From: Methanocaldococcus sp. 16A
GTDB lineage: Archaea > AGJL01 > Methanococci > Methanococcales > Methanocaldococcaceae
NCBI GenBank assembly: GCA_049860595.1
Contig: CP187551.1
Strand: one strand, 5' to 3'
DNA: 64,000 bases
The notes under the pieces were generated by a model. It made no database searches. It was not told the origin of the DNA and saw only the letters and a list, made by a program, of their open reading frames with translations. The translations under genes and the position numbers were made by a program. Every line of letters starts with the position of its first letter. Position 1 is the stretch's first letter. Positions 1 through 11,278 of the stretch are shown one piece after another.

Positions 1-1367
1 ACATAACATTAAAATTCTTCAACGATGTCAGATTTACACCTGGTAATATAACAAATATAACAGTATCTATACATCCTGGTGAAGCTATTATTTGCAATAT
101 CCACAACATTAGCATCAATAAACTTGGAGAAGAATATCCAAATAATACATATTATACTACTTTAACTATTTCACCGAAAAATTCAGTATCAGAAGAGAAA
201 CTAACATATATCAACCTTAGCATCAAATATAATGTCCAAAATGATAAGAAAACAATGAATTACTCCATTCCTGTAAAACTTATACCTTCAAATATCATTG
301 ATCTATCTATTGAAAGTATAAATATTTCAAATAAGATGGTTGTCGGTGAAACATATCTAATTTCAGCAAAAATCAAGAATAACGGTAAATATGATATGAT
401 AAATATCCCTATAAGATTATTCTTTGACCTACAAAAAGTTGATGAAGTTGTAATAGATAGGCTTAATGCTGATGAAGAAAAAACTATCTATTTACTATTA
501 ACGCCTAATCATGCAAGCGAACATAACATTACTGTAGCAGTCCAAGCATTCTCTGAAGAGGTAAATAGATCCAACAACTTCATTACAACTAGTGTAAAAG
601 TATTTGCAAAACCAGTTGCGTTATTTAACTACACACCAGTTAATCCAACAACTTCAGATACAATTAATTTTACAGATGAATCCTATGACTTAGATGGAAA
701 TATTACCTCATGGCATTGGGACTTTGGAGATGGAACTACTTCCAATGTCCAAAATCCAACCCACAAATATACAAGACCAGGAAGATATGTTGTTACATTA
801 ACAGTTACTGACAACGATGGATACAACTCTTCAATATCAAAAACTATTGTCGTAAGAGCTCCATCAAGCCATGCACATGGTTCATACTACTACGGTGGTG
901 GAGGAGGCGGAGGAATATCAAGAGTAGGTGAAAAGTATCCAGAAGTAGCACATGACATTAAATCAGAGAAAATAAAAGAAATCGTCCATAAGGCAAAATT
1001 AATCTTAGGTTCAGAGATAGATAAAGATTTATCAGCAAAAGAGCTTAAAACTGAAGTAGAATTAACAAAACAACCAATAGATATAACAGAGGACTGCATA
1101 TTAATAGGAGGACCTGTAGCTAACCCAGTAACTAAGAAATACATGTGGGCATTCCCAGTGAAAGTAACTAATGACTACCCAGGAAAGCATAAGGGAGTAA
1201 TCGAAAAGCAGATTATAAATGGACATTTAGTAATATTATTAGCAGGTTCAGATAGATGGGGAACAAAAGCGGCAATAGAATACTTCAAAATATTAGATGA
1301 AATTCCAGATGAACCTATATTTGTAGAGTGGAAAGATGGAAAAGCGATAAAGATTGAGAAACCTTAA
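1..1367 (+). CDS. 5'-truncated surface protein: CARDB-like domain, PKD domain, Gly-rich linker, S-layer-like C-terminal domain
   Basis: Frame is open from position 3, so the true start lies upstream of the window. Motifs: PKD WHWDFGDG...NPTHKY; CARDB-like DLSI...KIKNNG...EVNRSNN; C-terminal LIGGPVANP...LAGSDRWGTKAA. Confidence 0.75.
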   Translation, partial: ITLKFFNDVRFTPGNITNITVSIHPGEAIICNIHNISINKLGEEYPNNTYYTTLTISPKNSVSEEKLTYINLSIKYNVQNDKKTMNYSIPVKLIPSNIIDLSIESINISNKMVVGETYLISAKIKNNGKYDMINIPIRLFFDLQKVDEVVIDRLNADEEKTIYLLLTPNHASEHNITVAVQAFSEEVNRSNNFITTSVKVFAKPVALFNYTPVNPTTSDTINFTDESYDLDGNITSWHWDFGDGTTSNVQNPTHKYTRPGRYVVTLTVTDNDGYNSSISKTIVVRAPSSHAHGSYYYGGGGGGGISRVGEKYPEVAHDIKSEKIKEIVHKAKLILGSEIDKDLSAKELKTEVELTKQPIDITEDCILIGGPVANPVTKKYMWAFPVKVTNDYPGKHKGVIEKQIINGHLVILLAGSDRWGTKAAIEYFKILDEIPDEPIFVEWKDGKAIKIEKP

Positions 1368-1454
1368 CCATTCTTATTTTTAATTAATTTTATTATTATT
1401 GAAACTTTATTATAAAATAAAAAATAGAAAACTATGAAAATTGAAAAATTTTAA

Positions 1455-2342
<888 letters not shown>

Positions 2343-2610
2343 TTATTTTCACCTTTAAGAATTTATACGGTTGTATTTAATATTTCCTTTATTTCTGATA
2401 CTGTTTTCATAATTTTACCAAAATTTTAAACTCTTTGGAAAATCATTTTTTCATTACTATTTTATATTTGTCTTTATTCCATTTTAAATAGTTAGTATTT
2501 TTATAAAAAATGGAACTCTATTTTAAGAGTAAAGTTTATATATTACTAAAATAATGGTAAATTACACTTGAAATTTTACAAAAAATAGAGTTCTATTTTG
2601 AGATGAAAAC

Positions 2611-3909
2611 ATGAGGAATCCAATAATAGATGTTGGAGCTAAGGAATTGAGTTATGAAATTAGAGAGATTGTAGATGTAGCTAAAAAAATAGAGGATTTT
2701 GGGATAAACATAACCTGGGAAAACATTGGAGACCCCGTGGCTAAAGGAGAAAAAATCCCAGATTGGATTAAAGATATTATAGCAGATATTGTTAAAAACG
2801 ATTTATCCTATGCATACTGCCCTACCAAAGGTTTATTAGAAACACGAGAATTTTTAGCTGAGCAAACAAATAAAAAAGGAAAAGTACAAATTACTGCTGA
2901 AGATATTATATTTTTTAATGGATTAGGAGATGCCATAGCAAAGATTTATGGTTTATTAAAAAGGCAAGTTAGAGTTATAAATCCTTCTCCTTCTTATTCA
3001 ACCCATTCTTCTGCAGAGGCTTCTCATGCAGGCTCTCCTCCAATAACTTACTTCTTAGACCCTTACAACTATTGGTATCCAGATATTGATGATTTGGAAA
3101 AGAGAATTAAATACAACCCAGCAGTTAGTGGAATTTTAGTTATAAATCCTGATAACCCAACAGGAGCTGTTTATCCAAAAAAAATATTAGATGAAATTGT
3201 TGATTTAGCTAATGAGTATGATTTATTTATAATATGTGATGAAATATACTGCAATTTAGTTTATAATGGCAAGAAACAGCACTTATTGTGTGAAGTTATA
3301 GATGATGTTTGCGGTTTATCATTAAAAGGTATATCTAAGGAAATTCCATGGCCTGGAGCAAGATGTGGATGGATTGAAATTTACAACGCTGATAAAGATG
3401 AAGAATTTAAAAAATATGTTGATAGTATCTATAGAGCTAAATTAATAGAAGTTTGTTCTACAACATTACCACAAATGGCTATTCCAAGAATAATGGGGCA
3501 TAGAAATTACAAAAAATATTTAGAGGAGAGAAATAAGTTTTTTGAAAAGAGATCTAACACTGCCTATAAAAAATTGAAGGATTTAGAAGGAGTTATAGCA
3601 AATAGAGCTAATGGAGCATTTTATATGTCTGTTGTGTTTGAAGATTCATATTTGAATGGAAATAATTCAATAAAAATAGAAAATGAGGAATTGAAAGAGT
3701 TTATAGAAAATCAAATAAAAAACGCAAACATTGATAAGAAGTTTGTTTATTACTTATTGGCTTCAACTGGAATTTGTGTAGTTCCTCTAACATCTTTCTG
3801 CTCTCAACTTAATGGGTTTAGAGTTACATTATTGGAAAGGGATGATGATAAATTTAATTGGATATTTGATACATTAGCTGAAAAAATAGAAGAATTTTTA
3901 AAGACCTAA
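2611..3909 (+). CDS. PLP-dependent aminotransferase class I/II
   Basis: NIGDP, NPDNPTG, DEIY, SK...PGARCGW motifs. Confidence 0.9.
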   Translation: MRNPIIDVGAKELSYEIREIVDVAKKIEDFGINITWENIGDPVAKGEKIPDWIKDIIADIVKNDLSYAYCPTKGLLETREFLAEQTNKKGKVQITAEDIIFFNGLGDAIAKIYGLLKRQVRVINPSPSYSTHSSAEASHAGSPPITYFLDPYNYWYPDIDDLEKRIKYNPAVSGILVINPDNPTGAVYPKKILDEIVDLANEYDLFIICDEIYCNLVYNGKKQHLLCEVIDDVCGLSLKGISKEIPWPGARCGWIEIYNADKDEEFKKYVDSIYRAKLIEVCSTTLPQMAIPRIMGHRNYKKYLEERNKFFEKRSNTAYKKLKDLEGVIANRANGAFYMSVVFEDSYLNGNNSIKIENEELKEFIENQIKNANIDKKFVYYLLASTGICVVPLTSFCSQLNGFRVTLLERDDDKFNWIFDTLAEKIEEFLKT

Positions 3910-4220
3910 TCTCTCAAATGTCTATAAAACCATGGCTCTTCATAATTCTTTAAATTTTTTACATAAGGGCAATCTTTTGGAAAAACTCCAGCTAAAATTC
4001 CCTCCATAACTGTTAAACATCCATGTTTAAATCTATCTTTATAAACTTTACACAACTTTGTTTCTGGGTCTAAATGCTCACAATATATTGTTTTAATTCC
4101 TTCTTCAGTTTTGTAAGCATGTAGTATACAACATCTTCCACATCTTTCGCATATTTCATCTGGAAACAACTCTTCACTTATTTTTATTGCTTTATCTTTT
4201 TTAAATCTCAATGTATGCAA
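3906..4220 (-). CDS. YkgJ/CxxCxxCC-family cysteine cluster protein
   Basis: CERCGRCC...CEHLD...CKVYKDR pattern. Confidence 0.75.
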   Translation of the reverse strand: MHTLRFKKDKAIKISEELFPDEICERCGRCCILHAYKTEEGIKTIYCEHLDPETKLCKVYKDRFKHGCLTVMEGILAGVFPKDCPYVKNLKNYEEPWFYRHLRD

Positions 4221-4364
4221 ATTATCCCTCTTTAAATTATTGATAAAAATGTTTAAGATAGACTGTTAGAATGGGTATATAAATGTTTTGATAACAATTA
4301 TTAAATACTTCCTTTGTCTTAATTAGTTTTTAAATTTAAATAGAAGTTTTATTGAGGGATTTTT

Positions 4365-5648
4365 ATGTTCATGAGAGAAATTGAATTGAGAGGACATATT
4401 ATAGATAGCTTAATCTTACCAAAAGTTTTTGATAAAATATTAGATATGGGTGGAGATTATAAGGTTTTAGAGTTTGAAATCGGTAAAAGAAAAACAGACC
4501 CTAGTTATGCGAAGATATTGGTTATTGGAAAAGATGAGAGGCATGTGGATGAAATATTAAGTGAATTAAAGGATTTAGGTGCTGAAATTCCAGAGATTGA
4601 AGAAGTGGAATTACAACCAGCTGAGAAAGATATGGTTTTACCAGAGGGCTTTTATTCAACAACTAATCATAAGACATTCATTAGATTTAAAGGACAGTGG
4701 ATAGAGGTAGAGAATCAAAAAATGGATGGAGCTATTGTAGTCTATCCTGAAGAAATGAGGGCTGAAGTAAAAACAATTAGAAATATTAAAAAAGGAGATT
4801 TAGTTGTTGTTGGACATAAGGGTGTTAGAGTTATTCCACCAGAAAAACCAAGGGAAGCTGGGGGATTATTTGAATTTATGAAATCAGATGCGTCATCAGA
4901 AAAGCCAAAAGAAACAATTATTAGAAAGATAGCCAAAGAGATGTATGAAATTAGAGAAAAATATAGAAAGACGGGAAAAGGGGGAATAGTTGTTGTTGCA
5001 GGGCCTGCTATAATCCACACCGGGGCTGGATGGGCTTTAGCTAAGCTTATTAAAATGGGTTATGTTCAAGCACTATTTGCTGGAAATGCATTAGCTACTC
5101 ATGATATAGAAAGCGTTTTATATGGAACATCCTTAGGAGTAGATTTAAAGACAGGTAGGAGTGTTCCAGGAGGGCATAGCCATCATTTAAGAGCGATAAA
5201 TACAATAATGAGGGCTGGAAGTATAAGAGATGCTGTAGAGCAGGGAATTTTAAATAAAGGAGTTATGTACGAATGTATAAAAAATAATGTCCCTTATGTC
5301 TTAGCTGGAAGTATTAGGGATGATGGTCCATTACCAGATGTTATTACAGATGTCGTTAAAGCTCAAGAAAAAATGAGAGAACTTTTAAAAGGAAAGGATA
5401 TGGTCTTAATGCTTTCTACTATGCTACATTCAATAGCTACTGGAAATCTCCTCCCTTCATGGGTTAAAACTATCTGTGTTGATATAAATCCAGCAGTTGT
5501 AACAAAGTTGATGGATAGGGGAACATCCCAAGCCTTAGGGATAGTTACTGATGTTGGTGTCTTTTTACCAATGCTAATTGAAGAATTAGAAAAATTAGAG
5601 AAAGAAAATAAGAAAGAAAAAGAGAGAGGAGGAGATAATGAGAGTTGA
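4365..5648 (+). CDS. TIGR00300-family protein (probable ornithine cyclodeaminase, ArgZ/AgrE C-terminal-like)
   Basis: [33 protein letters not shown] motifs. Confidence 0.8.
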   Translation: MFMREIELRGHIIDSLILPKVFDKILDMGGDYKVLEFEIGKRKTDPSYAKILVIGKDERHVDEILSELKDLGAEIPEIEEVELQPAEKDMVLPEGFYSTTNHKTFIRFKGQWIEVENQKMDGAIVVYPEEMRAEVKTIRNIKKGDLVVVGHKGVRVIPPEKPREAGGLFEFMKSDASSEKPKETIIRKIAKEMYEIREKYRKTGKGGIVVVAGPAIIHTGAGWALAKLIKMGYVQALFAGNALATHDIESVLYGTSLGVDLKTGRSVPGGHSHHLRAINTIMRAGSIRDAVEQGILNKGVMYECIKNNVPYVLAGSIRDDGPLPDVITDVVKAQEKMRELLKGKDMVLMLSTMLHSIATGNLLPSWVKTICVDINPAVVTKLMDRGTSQALGIVTDVGVFLPMLIEELEKLEKENKKEKERGGDNES

Positions 5649-6279
5649 ATATTCAAAAGATTTGATTAGGACAGGAATTTCTACAATATCTCAGCTAAAA
5701 AAAGCTAAAATTAAAGTAGAAAAAGTTGATAAAAAAATATCTTACAAAGATGCAAAGCCAGGAAAGATAGATGTTGAGGAATTTAAAAAGGCAGTTTATT
5801 TGTTGATTGAAGCTGATGATTTTCTATATAAAAAAGCTCCAAAACATGAATTGAATGAAGAAGAGGCAAAAGAATTCTGTAAATTAATTATAAAATGTCA
5901 AGAACATTTAAATAAGGTTCTATCTAACTTTGGGTTTGAGTTAGAGGAGAAAGAGATTAATGAAGAAGCATTATACATTGTCTCAAATAAAAAGTTATTT
6001 AAAAAGCTTAAAAATAAAAATCCTAATTTAAAGGTTGTATGTACTGAAGGGATGTTAGATATTGAAGATATGAGAGCTATAGGCATTCCAGAAAAGGCCT
6101 TAGAGGGATTAAAGAAAAAGGTTGAAATAGCAAGGAAGAATGTTGAAAGATTTATAGAAAAGTATAAACCAGAAAAAATTTTTGTTGTTGTTGAGGATGA
6201 TAAAGATGAGCTTTTATATTTAAGAGCTAAAAAATTATATAACGCTGAAAAGTTGAATGCTGATGAAATTTTAGATTAA
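5638..6279 (+). CDS. conserved methanogen protein (DUF2100-like)
   Basis: 213 aa ORF overlapping the upstream gene; family assigned from memory only. Confidence 0.55.
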   Translation: MRVEYSKDLIRTGISTISQLKKAKIKVEKVDKKISYKDAKPGKIDVEEFKKAVYLLIEADDFLYKKAPKHELNEEEAKEFCKLIIKCQEHLNKVLSNFGFELEEKEINEEALYIVSNKKLFKKLKNKNPNLKVVCTEGMLDIEDMRAIGIPEKALEGLKKKVEIARKNVERFIEKYKPEKIFVVVEDDKDELLYLRAKKLYNAEKLNADEILD

Positions 6280-6288
6280 TTTGGTGGA

Positions 6289-7224
6289 ATGATGAATTTG
6301 CAGAATGATATTATCGTGAGGGGAAAATCTTATGAGATGCCATTCTCAAAGGGTATTTTAGCGAGGTCACTAACTGCTGCTGGATTAAAACCAAGTATTG
6401 CCTATAGAATAGCTTGGGACATATATGAGATGCTAAAAAAGGAAAATATTAGAGTTATTGATAAAGCTGATTTGAGAAGGAGAGTTTATTACTATTTAAT
6501 TTCAAAAAATTATGATGAAGTTGCTAAGAAATATCTATTATGGAGAATGGTCTTAGGAAGAAGACCGATAGTTATTTTAATTGGTGGGGCAAGTGGAGTT
6601 GGAACTTCAACAATTGCATTTGAAATAGCTTCAAGATTAGGAATTCCAAGTGTTATTGGAACTGATTCTATAAGGGAAGTTATGAGAAAAGTTATATCAA
6701 GGGAATTAATTCCAACTCTTTATGAATCAAGTTATACAGCTTGGAAAGTATTGAGAGATGATGATGAAGAAAACAAATACATTAAAGGGTTTGAGAGACA
6801 TTCTGAAGCTGTATTGACTGGAGTAGAGGGGGTTATAGACAGATGTTTAGTTGAAGGGCAGAGTGTAATTATAGAGGGAACTCATCTAATACCAACACTT
6901 TTAAAGGATAAATATTTAGAGAACTCTCATGTTGTCTTTATTATGCTAACAATCTACAATGAAAAGTTACACAAAATGAGATTTTATGCAAGGGGTAGGG
7001 TTTCAAGCAGACCTACTGAGAGGTATTTAAAACACTTTAAAATCATTAGGATGATAAACGATTATATGGTTGAAACAGCAAAAAAGAAAGGAATACCTGT
7101 TGTAGAAAATATAAAGATTAGTGAAACAGTTGATATATGTTTAAATATAATCACTGAAAGATTGAAAACAATGATTGAATTGGAGGGTTTGAGTGAAGAA
7201 GATATGTTAGATGAAGATATCTAA
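6289..7224 (+). CDS. pgk2: 2-phosphoglycerate kinase
   Basis: N-terminal ATP-cone (PFSKGILARSL), P-loop GGASGVGTS, IEGTH. Confidence 0.9.
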   Translation: MMNLQNDIIVRGKSYEMPFSKGILARSLTAAGLKPSIAYRIAWDIYEMLKKENIRVIDKADLRRRVYYYLISKNYDEVAKKYLLWRMVLGRRPIVILIGGASGVGTSTIAFEIASRLGIPSVIGTDSIREVMRKVISRELIPTLYESSYTAWKVLRDDDEENKYIKGFERHSEAVLTGVEGVIDRCLVEGQSVIIEGTHLIPTLLKDKYLENSHVVFIMLTIYNEKLHKMRFYARGRVSSRPTERYLKHFKIIRMINDYMVETAKKKGIPVVENIKISETVDICLNIITERLKTMIELEGLSEEDMLDEDI

Positions 7225-7252
7225 TGAATAAATTTTTATTTTAATATTAAAG

Positions 7253-8686
7253 GTGGAAATGTTGGATGTTGTTAAGAAAAAAGATGTTGAAGGAATTTTT
7301 CATATTTTGGGGGGGATTATAAGTATTATTGGGTTTTTCACATTAGTTCCTTGTATTGTTGCTATATACTATAATGAAAATACTATTTTTGATTTTCTAA
7401 TACCTGGAATATTTTTTACTATTTTTGGATTTATATTAAAAAAGGTTACTACACCAAGAAATTTGAAATTACATCATACAATGATAGCTTCAGCATTATC
7501 TTGGTTAATTGCTTCACTTATAGGGGCTATTCCTCTTTATTTATCGATACCATATTTTTCTTATGTTGATGCCGTATATGAAAGCATGTCTGCTTGGACT
7601 ACAACTGGAATGACATTAATCCCTAATGTTGAGGTTTTGCCAAAATCAATTTTATTTTGGAGGAGTTTTCAGCAGTGGATTGGAGGAGTAGGGATATTGG
7701 TTTTATCAGCCCTTGTTTTAGCAAGGTCTGGAACTGTTGCTTATCTTTTATATACATCTGAAGCACGACAGGAAAGAATAATGCCAAGTGCCATAGGAAC
7801 AATAAAGACAATTGTATGGATTTATGTTTTATATACTATTTTAGGGGTTCTTTTGTTGTATTTAGCTGGTTTAAATTTTTGGGAAGCTTTAAATTTAACT
7901 ATGACTGGAATATGCACTGGAGGAATGAGTATAAGCAACTATAGCTTTCCATATAACGATTTTGCTAAGATTATTATGATTGGTATAATGATGATAGGTG
8001 GAGTTATATCTTTTTCTATCCACCACAAAATATTGACTGGGAAGTGCTTTAATGATATTCAAACAGTATATGCATTAATTGTGATAACAATAACCTCAAT
8101 TATTGTTTCAATAAAAGATAACGTTCCAATAATTGATTCTATCTTTACAGTAGTTTCAGCAATGACATCAACAGGATTTACAACTATAAACATTAGCAAT
8201 CTTTCAAATCTCTCTTTATTTTTAATCATCTTTTTAATGCTGGTTGGAGGAGGGGCTGGAACTACAACTGGAGGGGTTAAAATAATTAGATTTCTGGTTA
8301 TATTAAAGGCTCTTTGGTATGAAATAAAAGAAATTATCTATCCAAAATCTGCAGTAATTCATGAGCATCTTGATAATATTGATTTAAATTATAGCATAAT
8401 TAGAGAAGCATTTGTTGTATTCTTTTTATACAGTTTTTCTTCATTCTTAATGGCTTTAACATTTATATATTTAGGTTACAGCCCTTATGAAGCTATATTT
8501 GACGCTGTTTCTTTTACTTCAAATATAGGTATGTCTTTGGGGGTAGTTACTTTAAACACTCCAATAATTGGAAAAATAGCTGGAATTATAGCTATGTGGA
8601 TTGGTAGATTAGAGATTATCCCAGTGCTCGTTATGTTTGCCACTTTGTATTTAAAAGTTAGGAAAATTATTAAAAATAGAAATTAA
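7253..8686 (+). CDS. trkH: TrkH-family potassium uptake protein
   Basis: Multi-TM protein with pore motifs SAWTTTG, CTGG, SAMTSTG, GTTTGGVK. Confidence 0.9.
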   Translation: MEMLDVVKKKDVEGIFHILGGIISIIGFFTLVPCIVAIYYNENTIFDFLIPGIFFTIFGFILKKVTTPRNLKLHHTMIASALSWLIASLIGAIPLYLSIPYFSYVDAVYESMSAWTTTGMTLIPNVEVLPKSILFWRSFQQWIGGVGILVLSALVLARSGTVAYLLYTSEARQERIMPSAIGTIKTIVWIYVLYTILGVLLLYLAGLNFWEALNLTMTGICTGGMSISNYSFPYNDFAKIIMIGIMMIGGVISFSIHHKILTGKCFNDIQTVYALIVITITSIIVSIKDNVPIIDSIFTVVSAMTSTGFTTINISNLSNLSLFLIIFLMLVGGGAGTTTGGVKIIRFLVILKALWYEIKEIIYPKSAVIHEHLDNIDLNYSIIREAFVVFFLYSFSSFLMALTFIYLGYSPYEAIFDAVSFTSNIGMSLGVVTLNTPIIGKIAGIIAMWIGRLEIIPVLVMFATLYLKVRKIIKNRN

Positions 8687-8758
8687 TGCTATTTTACTGC
8701 TATTTTTATAATATCTCTATATACTAACTGATTTTAACTATATATTTTATCTATCCTC

Positions 8759-10167
8759 GTTTTAATACCGAAACGGTCTGATTTTAATAAAAACTCGAGT
8801 ATGTAAAGTTTGGAGAGGATATAAAAAATGGTTTCCATACCGTATCGGTCTGATTTTAATCAAAAAAAGTTTTAAGATTTTTAAGAAACTCCCAAAGTTT
8901 CCATACCGTATCGGTCTGATTTTAATTGTTCCCATATCGTCATAAATTTTTATTTGTGTTGTGTTTCCATACCGTATCGGTCTGATTTTAATTTTAATCT
9001 ACGATATACAGTGGTTGGTAGGAATTACGTTTCCATACCGTATCGGTCTGATTTTAATTTACTACATTATTTCCAATTTTCCAAGATGGCTGTGTTTCCA
9101 TACCGTATCGGTCTGATTTTAATTATACCGTCCTCTGTTAAGAAAATTAACAATCCATCGTTTCCATACCGTATCGGTCTGATTTTAATATCACTTGTGC
9201 ATCATAATATTTTACTGAGGATGTGTTTCCATACCGTATCGGTCTGATTTTAATCTGAAACATATTCAAAGAAATCAGGAGTTTGTATAGATTGTTTCCA
9301 TACCGTATCGGTCTGATTTTAATTTGTTCAAACATCGACTAATAAGCATGTCCCAATTTGTTTCCATACCGTATCGGTCTGATTTTAATATGCAGAAAAG
9401 GCAGCGGAATATTATCAAAAAGCTATGTTTCCATACCGTATCGGTCTGATTTTAATCAGATGCCTCACTTTTTGATAATTGGGAAGATAAATGTTTCCAT
9501 ACCGTATCGGTCTGATTTTAATATATGATGACTTCTATATTATAGAACGAGGACAAAAAATGGTTTCCATACCGTATCGGTCTGATTTTAATCATCCTAA
9601 TCTCCTCAAAATCTCGTCAGCTATTTTTTCTTGTTTCCATACCGTATCGGTCTGATTTTAATCAGGTTTCATCTCTCCTGGAGCTGCTGGACAGGCTGTG
9701 TTTCCATACCGTATCGGTCTGATTTTAATTAATGATGCTTAAAGACTTACCACTTTCGAAATTTACAGGTTTCCATACCGTATCGGTCTGATTTTAATTG
9801 ACGATGAACTGTGTCATAATACTTTCTTTGATGATTTAGTTTCCATACCGTATCGGTCTGATTTTAATCATTTGATTTATATGATGTAACTTATGATGAA
9901 CAAGTTTCCATACCGTATCGGTCTGATTTTAATCACCCTTACTAACCCCTACTTCCTCCATCCAATCCTTGTTTCCATACCGTATCGGTCTGATTTTAAT
10001 TTATTTTATTTGTATTTTTAAATTTGCAACGATTTGCAAGTTTCCATACCGTATCGGTCTGATTTTAATTAATCGATGATATTACTAGTTTCCATACCGT
10101 ATCGGTCTGATTTTAATTATCAATCTAGCTATATTATGTTTCCATACCGTATCGGTCTGATTTTAAT
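8759..10167 (-). CRISPR. CRISPR array 1: 22 repeats (21 identical, 1 degenerate distal), 21 spacers
   Basis: 30 bp repeat ATTAAAATCAGACCGATACGGTATGGAAAC on the minus strand. Degenerate copy at 8759-8788, leader on the right. Spacers are 35-42 nt except two of 18 and 20 nt. Confidence 0.98.
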
Positions 10168-10530
10168 AGGTAGCATTTTTTGAATTAAATGAAATTAAGC
10201 ATTATATAATCTTTATTTTATAGGGGGTATACTACAACCCCACAATTACTTGATTTTTTTATATACCTACGACTAATATAAATACTTCGTGGTATGTAAT
10301 AATTAGCATAATAAAAAGTTTTTAACTAAAAAATCAGATTATTTGTTGGAGAAATTTCAATTTAAAATTAATTATCTAAAATCACATAAAAATCTCACTA
10401 ATTTAATACATCCAAATAAATAAAATATTCAAAATATGCAATTATCTAAAATTAGCTAAAAACTCTTAAATCTAAAAAATAATCTATAAAAATCCTTTAA
10501 ATTAAAAATAAAAAACTTTTAGCGTGATAA
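10168..10530 (-). promoter_or_regulatory. CRISPR leader of array 1
   Basis: Reverse complement aligns end to end with 28531-28893; contains TTTATA box and ends CTACCT at the first repeat. Confidence 0.9.
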
Positions 10531-10537
10531 CAAAAAT

Positions 10538-11095
10538 TTATTTTACACAGTTCTCAACAAAATACTTATAAACTCTATATCCATCTTCTGAAAGCTCTGG
10601 ATGGAAAGATAATGCCATATATTTCCCCTGCTTAACTCCTACTATTTTATCTCCATCCTTTGCTATAACTTCTACATCATCACTCAAAATCTTATCAACT
10701 ACTGGAGCTCTTATAAATACACCATAAACCTTTCCTAAATCTTTAAATTCAATCTCTTTTTCAAAGCTATCTACTTGCCTTCCATAAGCGTTTCTTTTAA
10801 CAGTGATATCCATCAATTCTAATAAAATTTGATTAAGCCCTGTTCCTTTTGATAATAAGACCATTCCAGCACATGTCCCTAATATTGGTAAATTAGAGTT
10901 TTTTATTTTTTCTAATAATCCATACTTTTTCATTAATTTACCTATAGTTGTGCTTTCTCCTCCTGGAATTATTAAAGCATCTATTCCTTTTAAATCTTCA
11001 GCTCTTTTAACTTTCTTTGCCTCATAACCAGCTTTTTTAACAGCCTCTTCATGCTCTTCAACATCTCCCTGAATTGCTAAAACTCCTATAATCAT
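10538..11095 (-). CDS. pdxT: PLP synthase glutaminase subunit
   Basis: [30 protein letters not shown]. Confidence 0.95.
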   Translation of the reverse strand: MIIGVLAIQGDVEEHEEAVKKAGYEAKKVKRAEDLKGIDALIIPGGESTTIGKLMKKYGLLEKIKNSNLPILGTCAGMVLLSKGTGLNQILLELMDITVKRNAYGRQVDSFEKEIEFKDLGKVYGVFIRAPVVDKILSDDVEVIAKDGDKIVGVKQGKYMALSFHPELSEDGYRVYKYFVENCVK

Positions 11096-11278
11096 ATTTA
11101 TCCTCTCATTTTTTAGTTGATATATAGGTAGTGTTATTAAAATCTATAATATACTATATTGCTTTTATTTTTAATGTGTAAAACGGAAAAATATATTTTT
11201 GAATTTAAATATTTATATAATCTTTATATATTCAATTTTTAAAAACTTATTTTTCAATTTAGAAAATTTTTTATCAAA

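Noticed and set aside
8709-8738. Possible further eroded repeat (CTGATTTTAA) beyond array 1
   Set aside because: Only 10 nt match in AT-rich sequence; not counted.
8954-9335. ORFs with repeated VSIPYRSDFN / IKIRPIRYGN
   Set aside because: Translations of CRISPR repeats.
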